Source: Acidobacteriota bacterium
Lineage (GTDB): Bacteria; Acidobacteriota; Blastocatellia; RBC074
DNA length: 64,000 nucleotides
Reading direction: 5' to 3'
Assembly (NCBI GenBank): GCA_016710075.1
Contig: JADJLO010000038.1
Span: forward strand, 238,137 to 302,136
The notes under the pieces are model-generated. The model did not search any database and had not been told where the DNA came from. It worked only from the letters and a program-made list of their open reading frames with translations. The first letter of the stretch is position 1. Each line of letters starts with the position of its first letter. The position numbers were made by a program, and so were the translations under genes. This document shows, one piece after another, positions 47,055 through 57,576 of the stretch.

Positions 47055-48143
47055 TCAGGGCAGATATTTCACGATTCGCGGGCCAATCAGCTTTGTCAGA
47101 CTCAGCGGCAGGCGCTTCCACGCCTCAATGAAAATTCTGAATTTCGGATTCAGCGGATTTATTTCAGGCGCTTTGCCGCCGCCGAAGTGAAAACACCTGT
47201 AATTCAGCTGTTTTTCATTCATCTTCCAACCGCGTTTGAACCGGTAAGATCCGGTTCCCTTTTTACTGCGGCCAAAATCGAAGCGAGTGAAGCCGCGGCC
47301 GGCCGAGAGACGCATAAGCTCTGAGTACATGAAATTGTTGATCCCCGCTCGATGGAACTCGGGATACGCGCCCGCGTAGTATGGCATGACGCAGTCGCGA
47401 AAATAGAAGCTCATGACTGCGCCTGCCAGTCTTCCTCCAGATCCTCTCGCCTGCCTGACAGCCAGGATGTCGCAACTTTCCGGAAATGCTCGCAGAAATT
47501 CCAGGAACAATCTCTTGGGGAAAACAGGCGTGCCGAGGTTCCTCACACTCCTCGCGTATACCTCGTAGAACTCATCGAGCAACTCTTCACCACCTCTGAC
47601 TGCATATAATCCCGCCGCCATGCCGATCCTGATCATCCTGCGAACGTCCCCCGGATAGCCTCTCATCCGATCATCGTCATCCTCGGCGATTCCGCTTTCG
47701 AATGTCACATAGAGATCCACGGTATCTGACATTGCGTCATCGTAATTAAAACTGGCCTCCGCGGTTTGACGCAATTCGAGATAGTCCACTTTCCGTTCGA
47801 TTGCGATCTCGCGGGCCCGGTGAATAAGTGCCTGGTATGTGGCCTGATCATCTCCCAGAACGCCTCCGTATACCGCATTCGGACTCGAAACCAGCATCGA
47901 CCCGTAAAAGAGTCCGGGAATGCCGCCCTTTACCAGAAACAGCGGCAGGACGCCGGTGATCTCTCCTCCCCGTTCGGCATAAATACAGAAGGACCGATGC
48001 CCCCAGGTATTGCAAACCACCCTGATCCATCCACTCAAATGGCAGAAGGTCGCCTCTCGTGTCTTCAGGACATAATCATCCCATCGACCGGAATCAGCCT
48101 CGGAATACTCTTTTACTGTTACTGTTATTTCGCTGAGAGACAT
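47055..48143 (-). CDS. FemAB-like/GNAT-fold acyltransferase (PEP-CTERM-system-associated FemAB-related protein type)
   Basis: 362 aa; two GNAT-like halves; position between the GT operon and polysaccharide deacetylase mirrors the exosortase-associated FemAB-related family. Confidence 0.65.
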   Translation of the reverse strand: MSLSEITVTVKEYSEADSGRWDDYVLKTREATFCHLSGWIRVVCNTWGHRSFCIYAERGGEITGVLPLFLVKGGIPGLFYGSMLVSSPNAVYGGVLGDDQATYQALIHRAREIAIERKVDYLELRQTAEASFNYDDAMSDTVDLYVTFESGIAEDDDDRMRGYPGDVRRMIRIGMAAGLYAVRGGEELLDEFYEVYARSVRNLGTPVFPKRLFLEFLRAFPESCDILAVRQARGSGGRLAGAVMSFYFRDCVMPYYAGAYPEFHRAGINNFMYSELMRLSAGRGFTRFDFGRSKKGTGSYRFKRGWKMNEKQLNYRCFHFGGGKAPEINPLNPKFRIFIEAWKRLPLSLTKLIGPRIVKYLP

Positions 48144-48160
48144 AAAAAAGTTGTAATTGC

Positions 48161-48219
48161 TCAGCCCCCATCTTCAAATGTTCAAGAAGATGGGGGCTGA
48201 GCAATTACAAAAAGCTTAA
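48161..48219 (-). terminator. perfect 25-bp stem hairpin (family A core GTAATTGCTCAGCCCCC) followed on the minus strand by a T-run; intrinsic-terminator-like between the deacetylase and FemAB-like genes
   Basis: TTGTAATTGCTCAGCCCCCATCTTC aaatgttca GAAGATGGGGGCTGAGCAATTACAA; minus-strand 3' flank reads CTTTTTTATG. Confidence 0.6.
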
Positions 48220-48235
48220 AGTTTAAACTTTTCTC

Positions 48236-49189
48236 TTAGTCCATCCTGGCATAAGCCGCTGTTGAGCTGATCATTTGTGGTTCGATGGCAGTCACTTCAA
48301 GTTCATTCAGGTAAAGAACCTCGCGGACGGGAGCGAACCTGAAGTCATCCAGCAACTGACTCAGTCTCGGCATGGTGCGATCCAGATTGATCCGGTGCCG
48401 CCAGACATTGAACCGGCCTCCGCTGATTACCGGTTGATCAGGATCGACTTCCCAGGCATGAACCATAAACATCGCCGGCATGCCTTCAGTAGAATTGATC
48501 CGCTTTAAACACCATCGAAACAAGGGATAGGGCAAAAGCCGGAAATAACCGCCTCCTGCCACAGGCAGATTCTGCCCGGCCATTCTTATCGTTGATGGCG
48601 GGAATTCAATGATCTGACCTGCTTCACGTCTGATCACGTGAAGCGATCTTTCCGCGCCAGGCATTCCGTACCTGTCATGGTGAATCGGAAAGATCGATGA
48701 ATCGTACCTGAATCCTTCCTCTATCAGAATATCGAGCGCCCAGAGCGTCTTCGCATTGATCGAATAGGTCGGAGCGCGATACCCGACAACCTCTTCTCCC
48801 GTGACATCCTCCAAAATCTTCCTGGCACGTCTCAGGTCCACCCGAAAAGTTTCGGGGGTCTGACTGGTAATCAACCGGTGATCATAACCATGACACGCTA
48901 TCTCATGCCCGCTATCCGATATTTTTCGAATCAATCTCTGATGATGTTCGGCGACCCAGCCGAGAATGAAGAATGTCGCCTTGAGACCTTTTTGATCAAA
49001 AAGGTCCAGCAACCTGGTGGTGTTCGACTCAATTCTAGGCTCGAAGCGGCGCCAGTCCTGACGCGGAATTATTCCCGAAAAAGCCTCAACCTGGAAATAA
49101 TCCTCCACGTCGACCGTTAAAGCATTTATGGGCGGTTGTGAGTCATTGACCATCTTTTGACCTGGCGATGGAGCAGAGCGGGAAAACAA
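48236..49189 (-). CDS. polysaccharide deacetylase (PEP-CTERM-locus subfamily type)
   Basis: 317 aa; …[15 protein letters not shown]… N-terminal block and …HGYDHRL… His motif. Confidence 0.8.
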   Translation of the reverse strand: MFSRSAPSPGQKMVNDSQPPINALTVDVEDYFQVEAFSGIIPRQDWRRFEPRIESNTTRLLDLFDQKGLKATFFILGWVAEHHQRLIRKISDSGHEIACHGYDHRLITSQTPETFRVDLRRARKILEDVTGEEVVGYRAPTYSINAKTLWALDILIEEGFRYDSSIFPIHHDRYGMPGAERSLHVIRREAGQIIEFPPSTIRMAGQNLPVAGGGYFRLLPYPLFRWCLKRINSTEGMPAMFMVHAWEVDPDQPVISGGRFNVWRHRINLDRTMPRLSQLLDDFRFAPVREVLYLNELEVTAIEPQMISSTAAYARMD

Positions 49190-49288
49190 AATCCAGGAAT
49201 GGATTCTGTCGTAACAATAATCAACGCAAGCCGATGATAGCCTCAGACCAGCAGGAGGTTCAAGCGGAAATTGCCCGGCAGCTTATGT

Positions 49289-49322
49289 GCGGGCGGGGCG
49301 GGCGGGGTGGGCGGGGTCGGCG
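49289..49322. promoter_or_regulatory. G-tract array (GGGCGGGG x4; C-rich on the coding strand) followed by A8 and a CAGGCATTACA x2 direct repeat, ~100 nt upstream of the EPS-modification operon start
   Basis: Seen: TGCGGGCGGGGCGGGCGGGGTGGGCGGGGTCGGCG…GAGAAAAAAAATCAGGCATTACAGGCATTACATG. Confidence 0.4.
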
Positions 49323-49350
49323 TGAGAAAAAAAATCAGGCATTACAGGCA

Positions 49351-50619
49351 TTACATGATCTGCAGCAGATCCACAATGGCGGTAACGTCTCGTGGACGCC
49401 TTGCTTCAGTCTTCATCCATTCGATATCGGTTTGAGTTTCACTGATCCGCCTGATCCGATCGATATACTCATTCAATGAAAGACGCCATATCAATTGTTC
49501 ATCCAGTTCTTCAGAAAATGCCATGATCGCAGCTTTGCTGATTTTGACCTTATTGAGCTCTGCCTCGATTTTGCGCCGGTAGTCGCTGACAGAGGCATCC
49601 GACATTTTCACCAGCTCGGCGATCTCCTGACCGGATGGTTCAGTTGGATCGAAATAGATATGCCAGAGAATCCTCCATACTTTTTCGGTTCGAGCGGTGT
49701 TGTCTCTGACAAGACTGCTCAAATGACTGAGGAAATGATTGGCGGCAATACGGCCCAGTTTCTCCTCTTCAGCCCGCAGGACGAGCACCTCGGGACTTTC
49801 GGACGTGAACGCTATTGAATCGAGAAAATGGCTTCCCTGTCGCTGCTCATTGAACTCGTCATCAATCGTGTTCATGACAGGGTCGTAAACGGGAAGCTTG
49901 CTCAGCGCAAGATTTCTGAGCACTTTCAAGGGAGCCGGAGAATCGATGGCCTCGAAAATCTCCACCATCAACTCAACCAGTTCCTGATTGCTAACTATTA
50001 CTTGAGCTTCTCCCGTGCAGCCAGTCCGGCGGCGATTGCGCCGGCGCATCGGTATCGAAGTGATTCGCTCCTGACAGGTCCCGTTGTCTTTGAGAGACTT
50101 TCCGTCCTCCCAGTCACGAAGACCATAAATCACCTCCGCAGCCTGCCGATAACGAGCTTTCCGGTCCCTGGGCTGCTTGAACTTCCTGAATCTGGGATCC
50201 GTCTCAAGCACACCGCTGATCCGACGGGCCATCCGGTAATTCTCGGGCCGGCGACGCCGCAGACCTCCAATCAGCAGATTGGTCAGCTCAATCTGATAGA
50301 TCTCTTTTTCGATCTCTTCATCGGTCATCTGCGAATCAATGTAGTGATTGAAACGGTTTTTCTGCAATAAAAGAAGATAGAGATCCTGAGTCAGATCCTG
50401 GAGTGTAATCAGCGTGATTGTAGAGGAAGATTGCCGCTGTCCGATCAGAGCGGTGCGGACCATGTGATGTCTCGAAATCAGGCGAAGCAGCTCTTTCCAT
50501 AATAGTTCTGCGTCACCTTCGGCTATTATTGTTCTCCAGGAAAAAACACTTCTCCTGGAATAGGCATACGACGATACCTTCGCCGGTAAATGCGGCGATT
50601 GCAATGCTGGAGCTTTCAT
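49351..50619 (-). CDS. hypothetical 422-aa protein with sigma-70-like N-terminal (region 2-like) and C-terminal HTH (region 4-like) segments separated by a ~200-aa insert
   Basis: …LTQDLYLLLLQKNRFNHY…EIYQIELTNLLIGGLRRRR… resembles sigma region 2; …QEIAELVKMSDASVSDYRRKIEAELNK… resembles a region-4 HTH; weak, inference only. Confidence 0.4.
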   Translation of the reverse strand: MKAPALQSPHLPAKVSSYAYSRRSVFSWRTIIAEGDAELLWKELLRLISRHHMVRTALIGQRQSSSTITLITLQDLTQDLYLLLLQKNRFNHYIDSQMTDEEIEKEIYQIELTNLLIGGLRRRRPENYRMARRISGVLETDPRFRKFKQPRDRKARYRQAAEVIYGLRDWEDGKSLKDNGTCQERITSIPMRRRNRRRTGCTGEAQVIVSNQELVELMVEIFEAIDSPAPLKVLRNLALSKLPVYDPVMNTIDDEFNEQRQGSHFLDSIAFTSESPEVLVLRAEEEKLGRIAANHFLSHLSSLVRDNTARTEKVWRILWHIYFDPTEPSGQEIAELVKMSDASVSDYRRKIEAELNKVKISKAAIMAFSEELDEQLIWRLSLNEYIDRIRRISETQTDIEWMKTEARRPRDVTAIVDLLQIM

Positions 50620-51272
50620 TTTTCAATTCCGAACGAGTTTCAGACCAATGTGAGGGGTCTGGATGCCTGCAGGGGCATCTGTTATGTGTAGTTGATACTG
50701 CCAGTCATAATCTGGTTGGGATACCAATTACGATCTGATCAGTGGAAGGCGCAAGACTTTTACGATCTGGGCTGATCGATTTAAGTTATTTGTTTTTCAC
50801 AAACAATGGGCAACTGTTTGAGGGCTGTTATTCTGATTTTAGTTCTTGCACCAACACTTGCTTTTCTTATCTTATCGGCCGGTTTTTCCGGCTCTATAAT
50901 TTTTATCAAGTAAACCAGAGCATTGCATCGAAGCGATGCCGGACCTGTATTTTTCCCACGAACGATGTGCACTCGAGAGTCGTAACTTCAAAACTCTCGA
51001 GCTGAGGTCCGAACATAAGGATTGACGACGCAGCGTAGTGGGACGCTGCAGCATGCAATCATGTAATCAGGCATACAAACGTCAAAATTCAATCATCAAA
51101 GAGCTAAAAGTGGCGGACAGAGGGGGATCTGCCTGTAGTGACTTGATCGGCGACGCGGATTAATAAAACCGAAGTCTTCAACCAAACCGGGCGCATTATA
51201 TTCCTACTGAATACTACCTGCCAATGCTTTTTTACAAAAATGGCAAGATAAGATAAATTTTCTCCTGTGAGC

Positions 51273-51818
51273 TTAGACCTGCCCCGGAGGCGGGTAGTTT
51301 GTAGGATATTGGGGAGGTGGCGGAGCCATGCCCTTTCGCTTCTCGAACAGGGCGATGCCCAGTAATCCGCCAAGCACGGTGAATCCGCCAAGAAGGACGG
51401 AGAACATGAGCAGAAACGGCAATGAGGCAATGACTCTTTGAGCGGCGGTCTGATTGACCGAGGCCTCTATCATTTTCTGGATCGTCTCCTGGAGTGAAGG
51501 GTCGCTGGATCTGGCGGCAACGGCCTCAAGAACCTTAAAGGTTATGCCCTGAGCCATGCCTGAAAACGCGAGGGGAAGACTGACGAGAACGTATATGCCT
51601 GCGCCAATCAAACCTGCAAACAGTCCGATTTGAGCGCCCTCGGAAGTTTTGACAATCCTTGGAGACTTGTCAACAAGCATTTTTGAAGCCACTGCGCCGC
51701 CGATCAGCGCCCATGCACAGAAACAGCAATTGGCGATACTGATGATGGGAATCACGGAAAAAAAGCCGACGATCAGGCCGCCGAACAGGGCAGGTTGTTT
51801 CCAGTCAAGGTCGTTCAT
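51273..51818 (-). CDS. hypothetical integral membrane protein with Pro-rich C-terminus
   Basis: 181 aa, 4 TM, C-terminal …APPPPQYPTNYPPPGQV. Confidence 0.5.
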   Translation of the reverse strand: MNDLDWKQPALFGGLIVGFFSVIPIISIANCCFCAWALIGGAVASKMLVDKSPRIVKTSEGAQIGLFAGLIGAGIYVLVSLPLAFSGMAQGITFKVLEAVAARSSDPSLQETIQKMIEASVNQTAAQRVIASLPFLLMFSVLLGGFTVLGGLLGIALFEKRKGMAPPPPQYPTNYPPPGQV

Positions 51819-51876
51819 GATTATTAATCCTCACAGTCAATAGAATCAGTTTGCATCGGAAAGCTTGGAAGCAAAG

Positions 51877-52374
51877 TTAAATTCTGAGCTTATGATTACG
51901 AATCATCAGGTCGCTCAGAGCCGAGAAGACGCCCGGCATAAGATAAAACGCCGAGACGCCGCCGAAGACAAAACCGGTAATGCCGCGGGAGAGAAAAGTA
52001 TTGGCGAAGAGGCCGGTCAATCCTCCGGCGAAGTCCAAAGCCATGGGAATGCCGGCGAGAATCAACAGTCTCCGATCGGGAAACTCTTCTTTGTCCAGGG
52101 GGCTGATAAATGGGTAGGTGATGAGCCCCGCGAGGAATCCGGCGTATATCGCTGTGCAGCGCGAGCAGACACCGAGAGGGAAGCCCAGCAGGTGATAGGT
52201 CCTGTCGGGAATCTGATGGCAGACGGCCGAAAAGCCCTGATAAAGAATCAGCGAAGCCGCCACCTTGCCACCCGCCATCAACAGTGAAGGCAGGACGATC
52301 AATGCCAGCCAAAAAACGGAGAGCATCAATAATCCGAGGTAGACAATTCCGGCCAGTTTATCTCTGGAGTGCAT
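51877..52374 (-). CDS. DUF2085-like membrane protein
   Basis: Start at internal MHSRDKLAGIVYLG…; …CHQIPDRTYH…CSRCTAIY… Cys/His motif of DUF2085. Confidence 0.5.
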   Translation of the reverse strand: MHSRDKLAGIVYLGLLMLSVFWLALIVLPSLLMAGGKVAASLILYQGFSAVCHQIPDRTYHLLGFPLGVCSRCTAIYAGFLAGLITYPFISPLDKEEFPDRRLLILAGIPMALDFAGGLTGLFANTFLSRGITGFVFGGVSAFYLMPGVFSALSDLMIRNHKLRI

Positions 52375-52381
52375 AACTAGA

Positions 52382-53401
52382 CTACCTGCCCGAGAAATCG
52401 AAAAAATCGTAGACGGTGCGTGCGAGCCGTCCCATCTGTTCTTCCACTTCGCCGCGACTGGTACGTTTGTCGACGGTAAAGACGACGAGGACGACGGGGC
52501 GCCCCTGGACAAATATCACGCCGGCATCGTTGGTGACCGAGCCGATGGTTCCGGTTTTGTGGGCCATGCCTGCCGATTCGGGCAGGTAGCGAGGCAGGCG
52601 CTGGTTGAACTGCTGCCTGCGTAAAATGGTCATCATCTGGTTGCAGGAATCTTTTCCGGCGACCTCGCCCCTGACTATCTTTTCGATCAGTTTAGCCATG
52701 TCGCATGGAGAAGCGACGTCCTTGAGGATTGCGGCGAACTCCTTTTCCGCAGCCGCCATCTTCTCGGGTGAAGGCTGGTTCGTCCCAGACTGAGGCAGGA
52801 GCATGATCTCTTTTGCAGATTTCCCCTTGACCCGTTCATCGGACAGTGCGATGAAATCGCGAATCAGCTCGAAGGTCGTCCGGTCGACACGGATATTTCC
52901 GAGACCGAACGACCGCATCGTGGCGGTCACATTCTCAGCCCCGACTTTTTTGAGCAGGATATCGGTCGCCTCGTTATCGCTCAGGATGATCATGAGCAAA
53001 GCCAGATCGCGGATGGTGGGTTTGAGCCCGCTTGAAAGCAATGGCAGGACGCCGCTGCCGAGGGTTCTGTCATTTTCCGTGATCTCCAGACGTTCATCGA
53101 GGGAGAACTTCCCTGCCTCGGCCTGGCGGAAAACCTCGACCAGAATCGGTATCTTGAAGACGCTGGCCATGGGAAAGAGACGATCGCCGTTAATCGACAA
53201 CTCCTCGCCGGTCTTGATATCCCGGACGGCGACGCCCATCGTGCCGGGGAAGAGATCGACCATCTCCTGCAAACGGGCTCGCAATTTCTCAAGCTGCTGC
53301 GGGCCTTTTGCCTGATTCTGACCCTGCTGCGCCTGAGCCATCCCCCGTCCCGCAAACAACAAAACAACGATCGCTAGTATGATATTCCTGGGCTTTATCA
53401 T
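52382..53401 (-). CDS. class A beta-lactamase-family serine hydrolase
   Basis: Signal peptide; SVFK (S-x-x-K), SDN and KTG motifs in canonical order and spacing. Confidence 0.8.
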   Translation of the reverse strand: MIKPRNIILAIVVLLFAGRGMAQAQQGQNQAKGPQQLEKLRARLQEMVDLFPGTMGVAVRDIKTGEELSINGDRLFPMASVFKIPILVEVFRQAEAGKFSLDERLEITENDRTLGSGVLPLLSSGLKPTIRDLALLMIILSDNEATDILLKKVGAENVTATMRSFGLGNIRVDRTTFELIRDFIALSDERVKGKSAKEIMLLPQSGTNQPSPEKMAAAEKEFAAILKDVASPCDMAKLIEKIVRGEVAGKDSCNQMMTILRRQQFNQRLPRYLPESAGMAHKTGTIGSVTNDAGVIFVQGRPVVLVVFTVDKRTSRGEVEEQMGRLARTVYDFFDFSGR

Positions 53402-53416
53402 CTCTAATCTCGATTA

Positions 53417-54478
53417 TTACAGCCGGTCGAATCTGACAAACGAATCCGGGCCACCCTCGACGTGGACGGTATCGACGAAGCGAACATGCATGGTCTCGGT
53501 CGTCATGATCAGCGACTGGGTGCGTTTTCCGGTGCCGAAAAATCTTGCACCACGGAGAATCGTCCCATCGGTCACGCCGCAAGCGGCAAAGATGATTTTT
53601 TTACCCGGCGCCAGATCGTTGGTGTGATAAACACGGGAAGGATCCGAGATGCCCATCTTCTCCATTCGCTCGACGAGGCCATCGGCAATCTTGGCTCTGT
53701 CTTCAGGCTGTTCGAGCTGTTCCTTGAGGACGAACCGCGACTGGATCTCGCCGTTCAGGCATTTCATGGCGGCGGCCGTGATGACGCCTTCCGGGCCGCC
53801 GCCGATCCCCATTAGAGCGTGCACACCCGAGCCTGCAACGGCCGCTGAGACGCCGGCCGAGAGATCGCCGTCGGTGATCAGCCTGATTCTGGCTCCGGTT
53901 TCTCCAATTTCATGAACCAGCTTTTTGTGTCGCGGCCTGTCGAGAACGACGATTGTCAGGTCTTCGACTTTTCTCTTGAGTCTCGAGGCTATGGCTTCAA
54001 GGTTGTCTCTCACAGGTGCGTCGATATCGACCGCGCCCTTGACCGACGGTCCGACAACGATCTTGTTCATGTAGACATCAGGCGCGTGCAGCAGGCCGCC
54101 TTTCTCCGCCGCGGCCAGAACCGCAATGGCGTTCGGAGCTCCCGAGGCGCAGAGATTTGTTCCTTCCAGAGGGTCAACCGCAATATCGACCTGAGGATAC
54201 TTCCCCTCATTGCCGGGCCTGGCTCCCAACCCGAGCCGCTCGCCGATATAAAGCATCGGCGCTTCATCACGCTCGCCTTCACCAATGACAATGGTTCCAT
54301 CCATCGGACTTCTATCCATCACCTCGCGCATCTTCTCCACCGCCACGTGATCGGAATACTTGCGATCACCTCGACCCATCGTTCGCGCCGCATCAATGGC
54401 CGCAGCCTCCACCACTCTTAAAAAATCGAAGAGCAGGTCGTACTCAAGCGGCCGAATTATCGTATTTTCTTCGCTCAT
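53417..54478 (-). CDS. glpX: fructose-1,6-bisphosphatase class II
   Basis: 353 aa; GlpX family blocks (…[12 protein letters not shown]…, …[11 protein letters not shown]…). Confidence 0.9.
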   Translation of the reverse strand: MSEENTIIRPLEYDLLFDFLRVVEAAAIDAARTMGRGDRKYSDHVAVEKMREVMDRSPMDGTIVIGEGERDEAPMLYIGERLGLGARPGNEGKYPQVDIAVDPLEGTNLCASGAPNAIAVLAAAEKGGLLHAPDVYMNKIVVGPSVKGAVDIDAPVRDNLEAIASRLKRKVEDLTIVVLDRPRHKKLVHEIGETGARIRLITDGDLSAGVSAAVAGSGVHALMGIGGGPEGVITAAAMKCLNGEIQSRFVLKEQLEQPEDRAKIADGLVERMEKMGISDPSRVYHTNDLAPGKKIIFAACGVTDGTILRGARFFGTGKRTQSLIMTTETMHVRFVDTVHVEGGPDSFVRFDRL

Positions 54479-54610
54479 ATTATTTTATAGACTCCAAATT
54501 ATTTTAAAGACGCTGAAATTGAGAAAAGTTTAAAAAGTTTAAAGTTCAATGTACAAAGACGTTGATCGTGGCGCCCTCGTTTTAAACTATAAACTCACTT
54601 GCTCCATCAT

Positions 54611-55189
54611 TCATTCTTCCACGAGTTCAGACAGGTGCGGGTCAAAACAGGCTCTGCAACGGGCTTCATAAGCATCGGAAGCGCCGACCACGACGCGCTC
54701 GCGGCTGGCGATCAATCTTTGGGTATAAGTCGCAGGGCTGCCGCATCTGACGCAGATCGCGTGAGTTTTGGTGATATCTTCAGCGATGGCCAGCAACAGG
54801 GGCATCGGATCGAAAGGCCTGCCAAGGTAATCCATATCGAGACCCGCGATGATCACCCGCTTGCCGAGATCCGCCAGTTTATTGGCCACGCTGACAAGGT
54901 CGCCGTCGAAGAACTGACCTTCATCTATCCCGACGACCTCAGTATCCATATCGACGATCACCAGGATTTCAGTAGCAGACTGGACGGTCTCTGATTGAAT
55001 CTTCATCTCCGAGTGAGAAACTATGTGCTCCTCGCTGTAACGCACGTCGATAACGGGTTTGAATATTTGAACCTTGCGCCGTGCTATCTGGGCACGGCGC
55101 AACCTGCGTATCAATTCCTCGCTCTTGCCGCTGAACATCGAGCCGGTAATCACCTCGATCCAGCCTGAGTCTGACGAATGTCGCTCCAA
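54611..55189 (-). CDS. tdk: thymidine kinase
   Basis: 192 aa; P-loop [14 protein letters not shown] and C-terminal zinc ribbon (…[13 protein letters not shown]…C..C). Confidence 0.9.
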   Translation of the reverse strand: MERHSSDSGWIEVITGSMFSGKSEELIRRLRRAQIARRKVQIFKPVIDVRYSEEHIVSHSEMKIQSETVQSATEILVIVDMDTEVVGIDEGQFFDGDLVSVANKLADLGKRVIIAGLDMDYLGRPFDPMPLLLAIAEDITKTHAICVRCGSPATYTQRLIASRERVVVGASDAYEARCRACFDPHLSELVEE

Positions 55190-55379
55190 AATCTGTCATC
55201 TTCCTTTCCAGGGGCTTTCAACGATTACAATTATTAACGAATTATGGCCCAACGTCTACACTATAAACCATAGACAGCGCAAGATAATCGAGCCAGCTCC
55301 GGGGTGTTGCATTTTCCGCCGCGCCCATTAACAATCGGAGGCGGCAGAAGCGATCAAAAAAAAGTAAAAGAGGTCTGGA

Positions 55380-56615
55380 ATGGCTGCTTCGATCATTGAG
55401 CCGGGAAACGGATTGCAAGCCGTTAATCTTGAAGGGCTGACACTTGACGCCCGCATCAGGGCCGCCTTCGAATTCATCGATGGCTCTTCAGCACGGTTTA
55501 CTGCAGAACAGATTCGCATCTGCGAGATACCCGCGCCGCCATTCAAGGAGCAGGAAAGGGCGAGGTATTTTGCCTCCAGGTTTGTCGAACTGGGACTCCA
55601 GGATGTTCACACCGACAGTGAAGGCAACGTCATAGGCTTTTACAGGGGACGGCTTGAGCAGCCGCTGCTCGTACTCTCTGCGCATCTCGATACGGTCTTC
55701 CCTGAAGGGACGGACGTCCGTGTCAGGAAGATCGGCAACAGGCTTTGCGCTCCCGGCATCGCGGATGATGTATCGGGTCTTGCGGCACTCATCGGATTGA
55801 TTCAGTCCCTCAATGCAGCGGAATTGAAGACGCGCGGGACAATCGCTTTTGTCGCCACCGTCGGCGAGGAGGGCGAGGGCAACTTGCGCGGCGTACGACA
55901 TCTGTTTAGCGAAGGAAAACTCGCCGGCAGGGTCTCGGCGTTCGTCTCTTTTGACGGCCCCGGAGTCGAATGCATCACTCATCAGGCACTCGGATCCCGT
56001 CGCTTTCGCGTGCGACTTGAGGGGCCCGGCGGTCACAGCTGGGGCGATTTCGGAGTCGTCAACCCGGTTCACGCTCTCGGCAGGGTGATTTCAAGAATAT
56101 CGGACTACCAGGTTCCCGCAGATCCCCGCACGACATACAACATCGGTCGCATCGAGGGTGGCGAATCCGTCAATGTCATCCCGCAGTCGGCATCACTCGA
56201 TATCGATCTCCGTTCGGCTTCCGAATTCGAACTGCTGCGCCTGGAAGAGTTTCTCATAGCCGCCGTCGACCAAGCCGTCATCGACGAGAATGTTCTGAGG
56301 GCCGCCTCCGGTGTAAAATTGAGATCCGAAATCACGATGATCGGCGACAGACCTTCCGGCGAGACTCCCCTCAATGCGCCAATCGTCAAAACTGCTATCG
56401 CCGCATCGCGGGCTCTCGGCGTCAATCCGATTCTCAACCGCGCCTCGACCGATTCCAATATCCCGATCAAACTCGGAGTTCAGGCAATTACGCTCGGAGC
56501 CGGCGGAGTCTCCAGCGATTCTCATCGCCTCAGCGAATGGTACGATCCGACCGGCAGAGAACTGGGCTATAAACGGGCCCTGCTGACCGCCATCGGCATG
56601 GTCGGACTGGAATAA
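55380..56615 (+). CDS. M20-family metallopeptidase/deacylase
   Basis: 411 aa; …SAHLDTVFP…, …GIADDVSG… and …VGEEGEGN… metal-ligand blocks of the M20/ArgE/DapE fold. Confidence 0.8.
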   Translation: MAASIIEPGNGLQAVNLEGLTLDARIRAAFEFIDGSSARFTAEQIRICEIPAPPFKEQERARYFASRFVELGLQDVHTDSEGNVIGFYRGRLEQPLLVLSAHLDTVFPEGTDVRVRKIGNRLCAPGIADDVSGLAALIGLIQSLNAAELKTRGTIAFVATVGEEGEGNLRGVRHLFSEGKLAGRVSAFVSFDGPGVECITHQALGSRRFRVRLEGPGGHSWGDFGVVNPVHALGRVISRISDYQVPADPRTTYNIGRIEGGESVNVIPQSASLDIDLRSASEFELLRLEEFLIAAVDQAVIDENVLRAASGVKLRSEITMIGDRPSGETPLNAPIVKTAIAASRALGVNPILNRASTDSNIPIKLGVQAITLGAGGVSSDSHRLSEWYDPTGRELGYKRALLTAIGMVGLE

Positions 56616-56630
56616 TCGCTATATATCAAT

Positions 56631-57134
56631 CTAACTATCCTGTTTAGCTTTGGTAATATTTATCGGCAGGTTCGGCAGTTTCTGCATTTCGCCAATGAAG
56701 CGCCCCTCCCTCGCCGTTTCAATCGCCCTGATCAGAGCCTGATCCTCCTGAACTCCGTAAATCAGATGGCCGCCGATGACATAAGTCGGGACACCCTTGA
56801 TTCCATAAGTCCGGGCTATGAGCAGATCTTCATCAACCTCATCGGTCATCTCCCCGCCTTCAAGAACCCCTGCCAGCACGGAGGAATTCAACCCGATCTT
56901 CCATGCCAGTTCCTTCAGAACTTCGACATCTCCAATGTCCCGGTCCTCGACGAACAATGATTTGAAAAGGCCTCGATGAAACTCTTCAAGGCGTCCCTGT
57001 GTCCGCGCCCATGCAGCCGCCTCGTGCGCCATCCTCGTGAGCGGAGCTCTGGACGGTTGCCTGATCTCGACACCGAGCCTCTCAGCCATCGGATAAATGG
57101 TATTCCGCCACCCCTCATTCATGGCTTCTCCCAC
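56631..57134 (-). CDS. DsbA-family thioredoxin-fold protein (FrnE/2-hydroxychromene-2-carboxylate isomerase-like)
   Basis: 167 aa; …YGIKGVPTYVIGGHLIYGVQ… C-terminal block of DSBA-like proteins. Confidence 0.7.
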   Translation of the reverse strand: MGEAMNEGWRNTIYPMAERLGVEIRQPSRAPLTRMAHEAAAWARTQGRLEEFHRGLFKSLFVEDRDIGDVEVLKELAWKIGLNSSVLAGVLEGGEMTDEVDEDLLIARTYGIKGVPTYVIGGHLIYGVQEDQALIRAIETAREGRFIGEMQKLPNLPINITKAKQDS

Positions 57135-57244
57135 CGTTTTTGTTCAACACTGACACGTAGTATAAAAGCCAATACAAAAGCGACCCGGACACGCATTGTT
57201 TGAAAGTGTCGAGCCTTAATAAAACATTTGTTCAAGGAGGAACA

Positions 57245-57493
57245 ATGGCAGAAGATTATGAAAATTACAGCGATTATGAACGGGATTTCTTCATGGCCGT
57301 TGATCGCAATACGCTCTCGGAACAGGCCATCTTCGACGCTCTCTCGACCATAGGCGACGACCAGTATTACACCTTGTTCGAAGTCGAGGTCGAGCACGTC
57401 TGCGGCCCCGCTCACGTCCAGGTTTTTCCGGAACGCGCCGGCACCCTCTACAGATGCCTCAATTGCGGAGTCTCGGGAATCATCGGCGGATAA
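57245..57493 (+). CDS. small hypothetical protein with C-terminal C-x-C…CxxC cluster
   Basis: 82 aa from ATG with strong SD (AAGGAGGAACAATGG); …HVCGPAHV…YRCLNCGVSGIIGG*. Confidence 0.4.
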   Translation: MAEDYENYSDYERDFFMAVDRNTLSEQAIFDALSTIGDDQYYTLFEVEVEHVCGPAHVQVFPERAGTLYRCLNCGVSGIIGG

Positions 57494-57502
57494 CCTGATT
57501 AC

Positions 57503-57554
57503 GAGATTTGAAATAAGAGAAACATCCATATCCGAATCTCTTATTTCAAATCTC
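57503..57554. terminator. perfect 18-bp stem hairpin between convergent genes (bidirectional terminator-like)
   Basis: GAGATTTGAAATAAGAGA aacatccatatccgaa TCTCTTATTTCAAATCTC. Confidence 0.6.
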
Positions 57555-57576
57555 AATACTGGATTTCCCGATCGTT

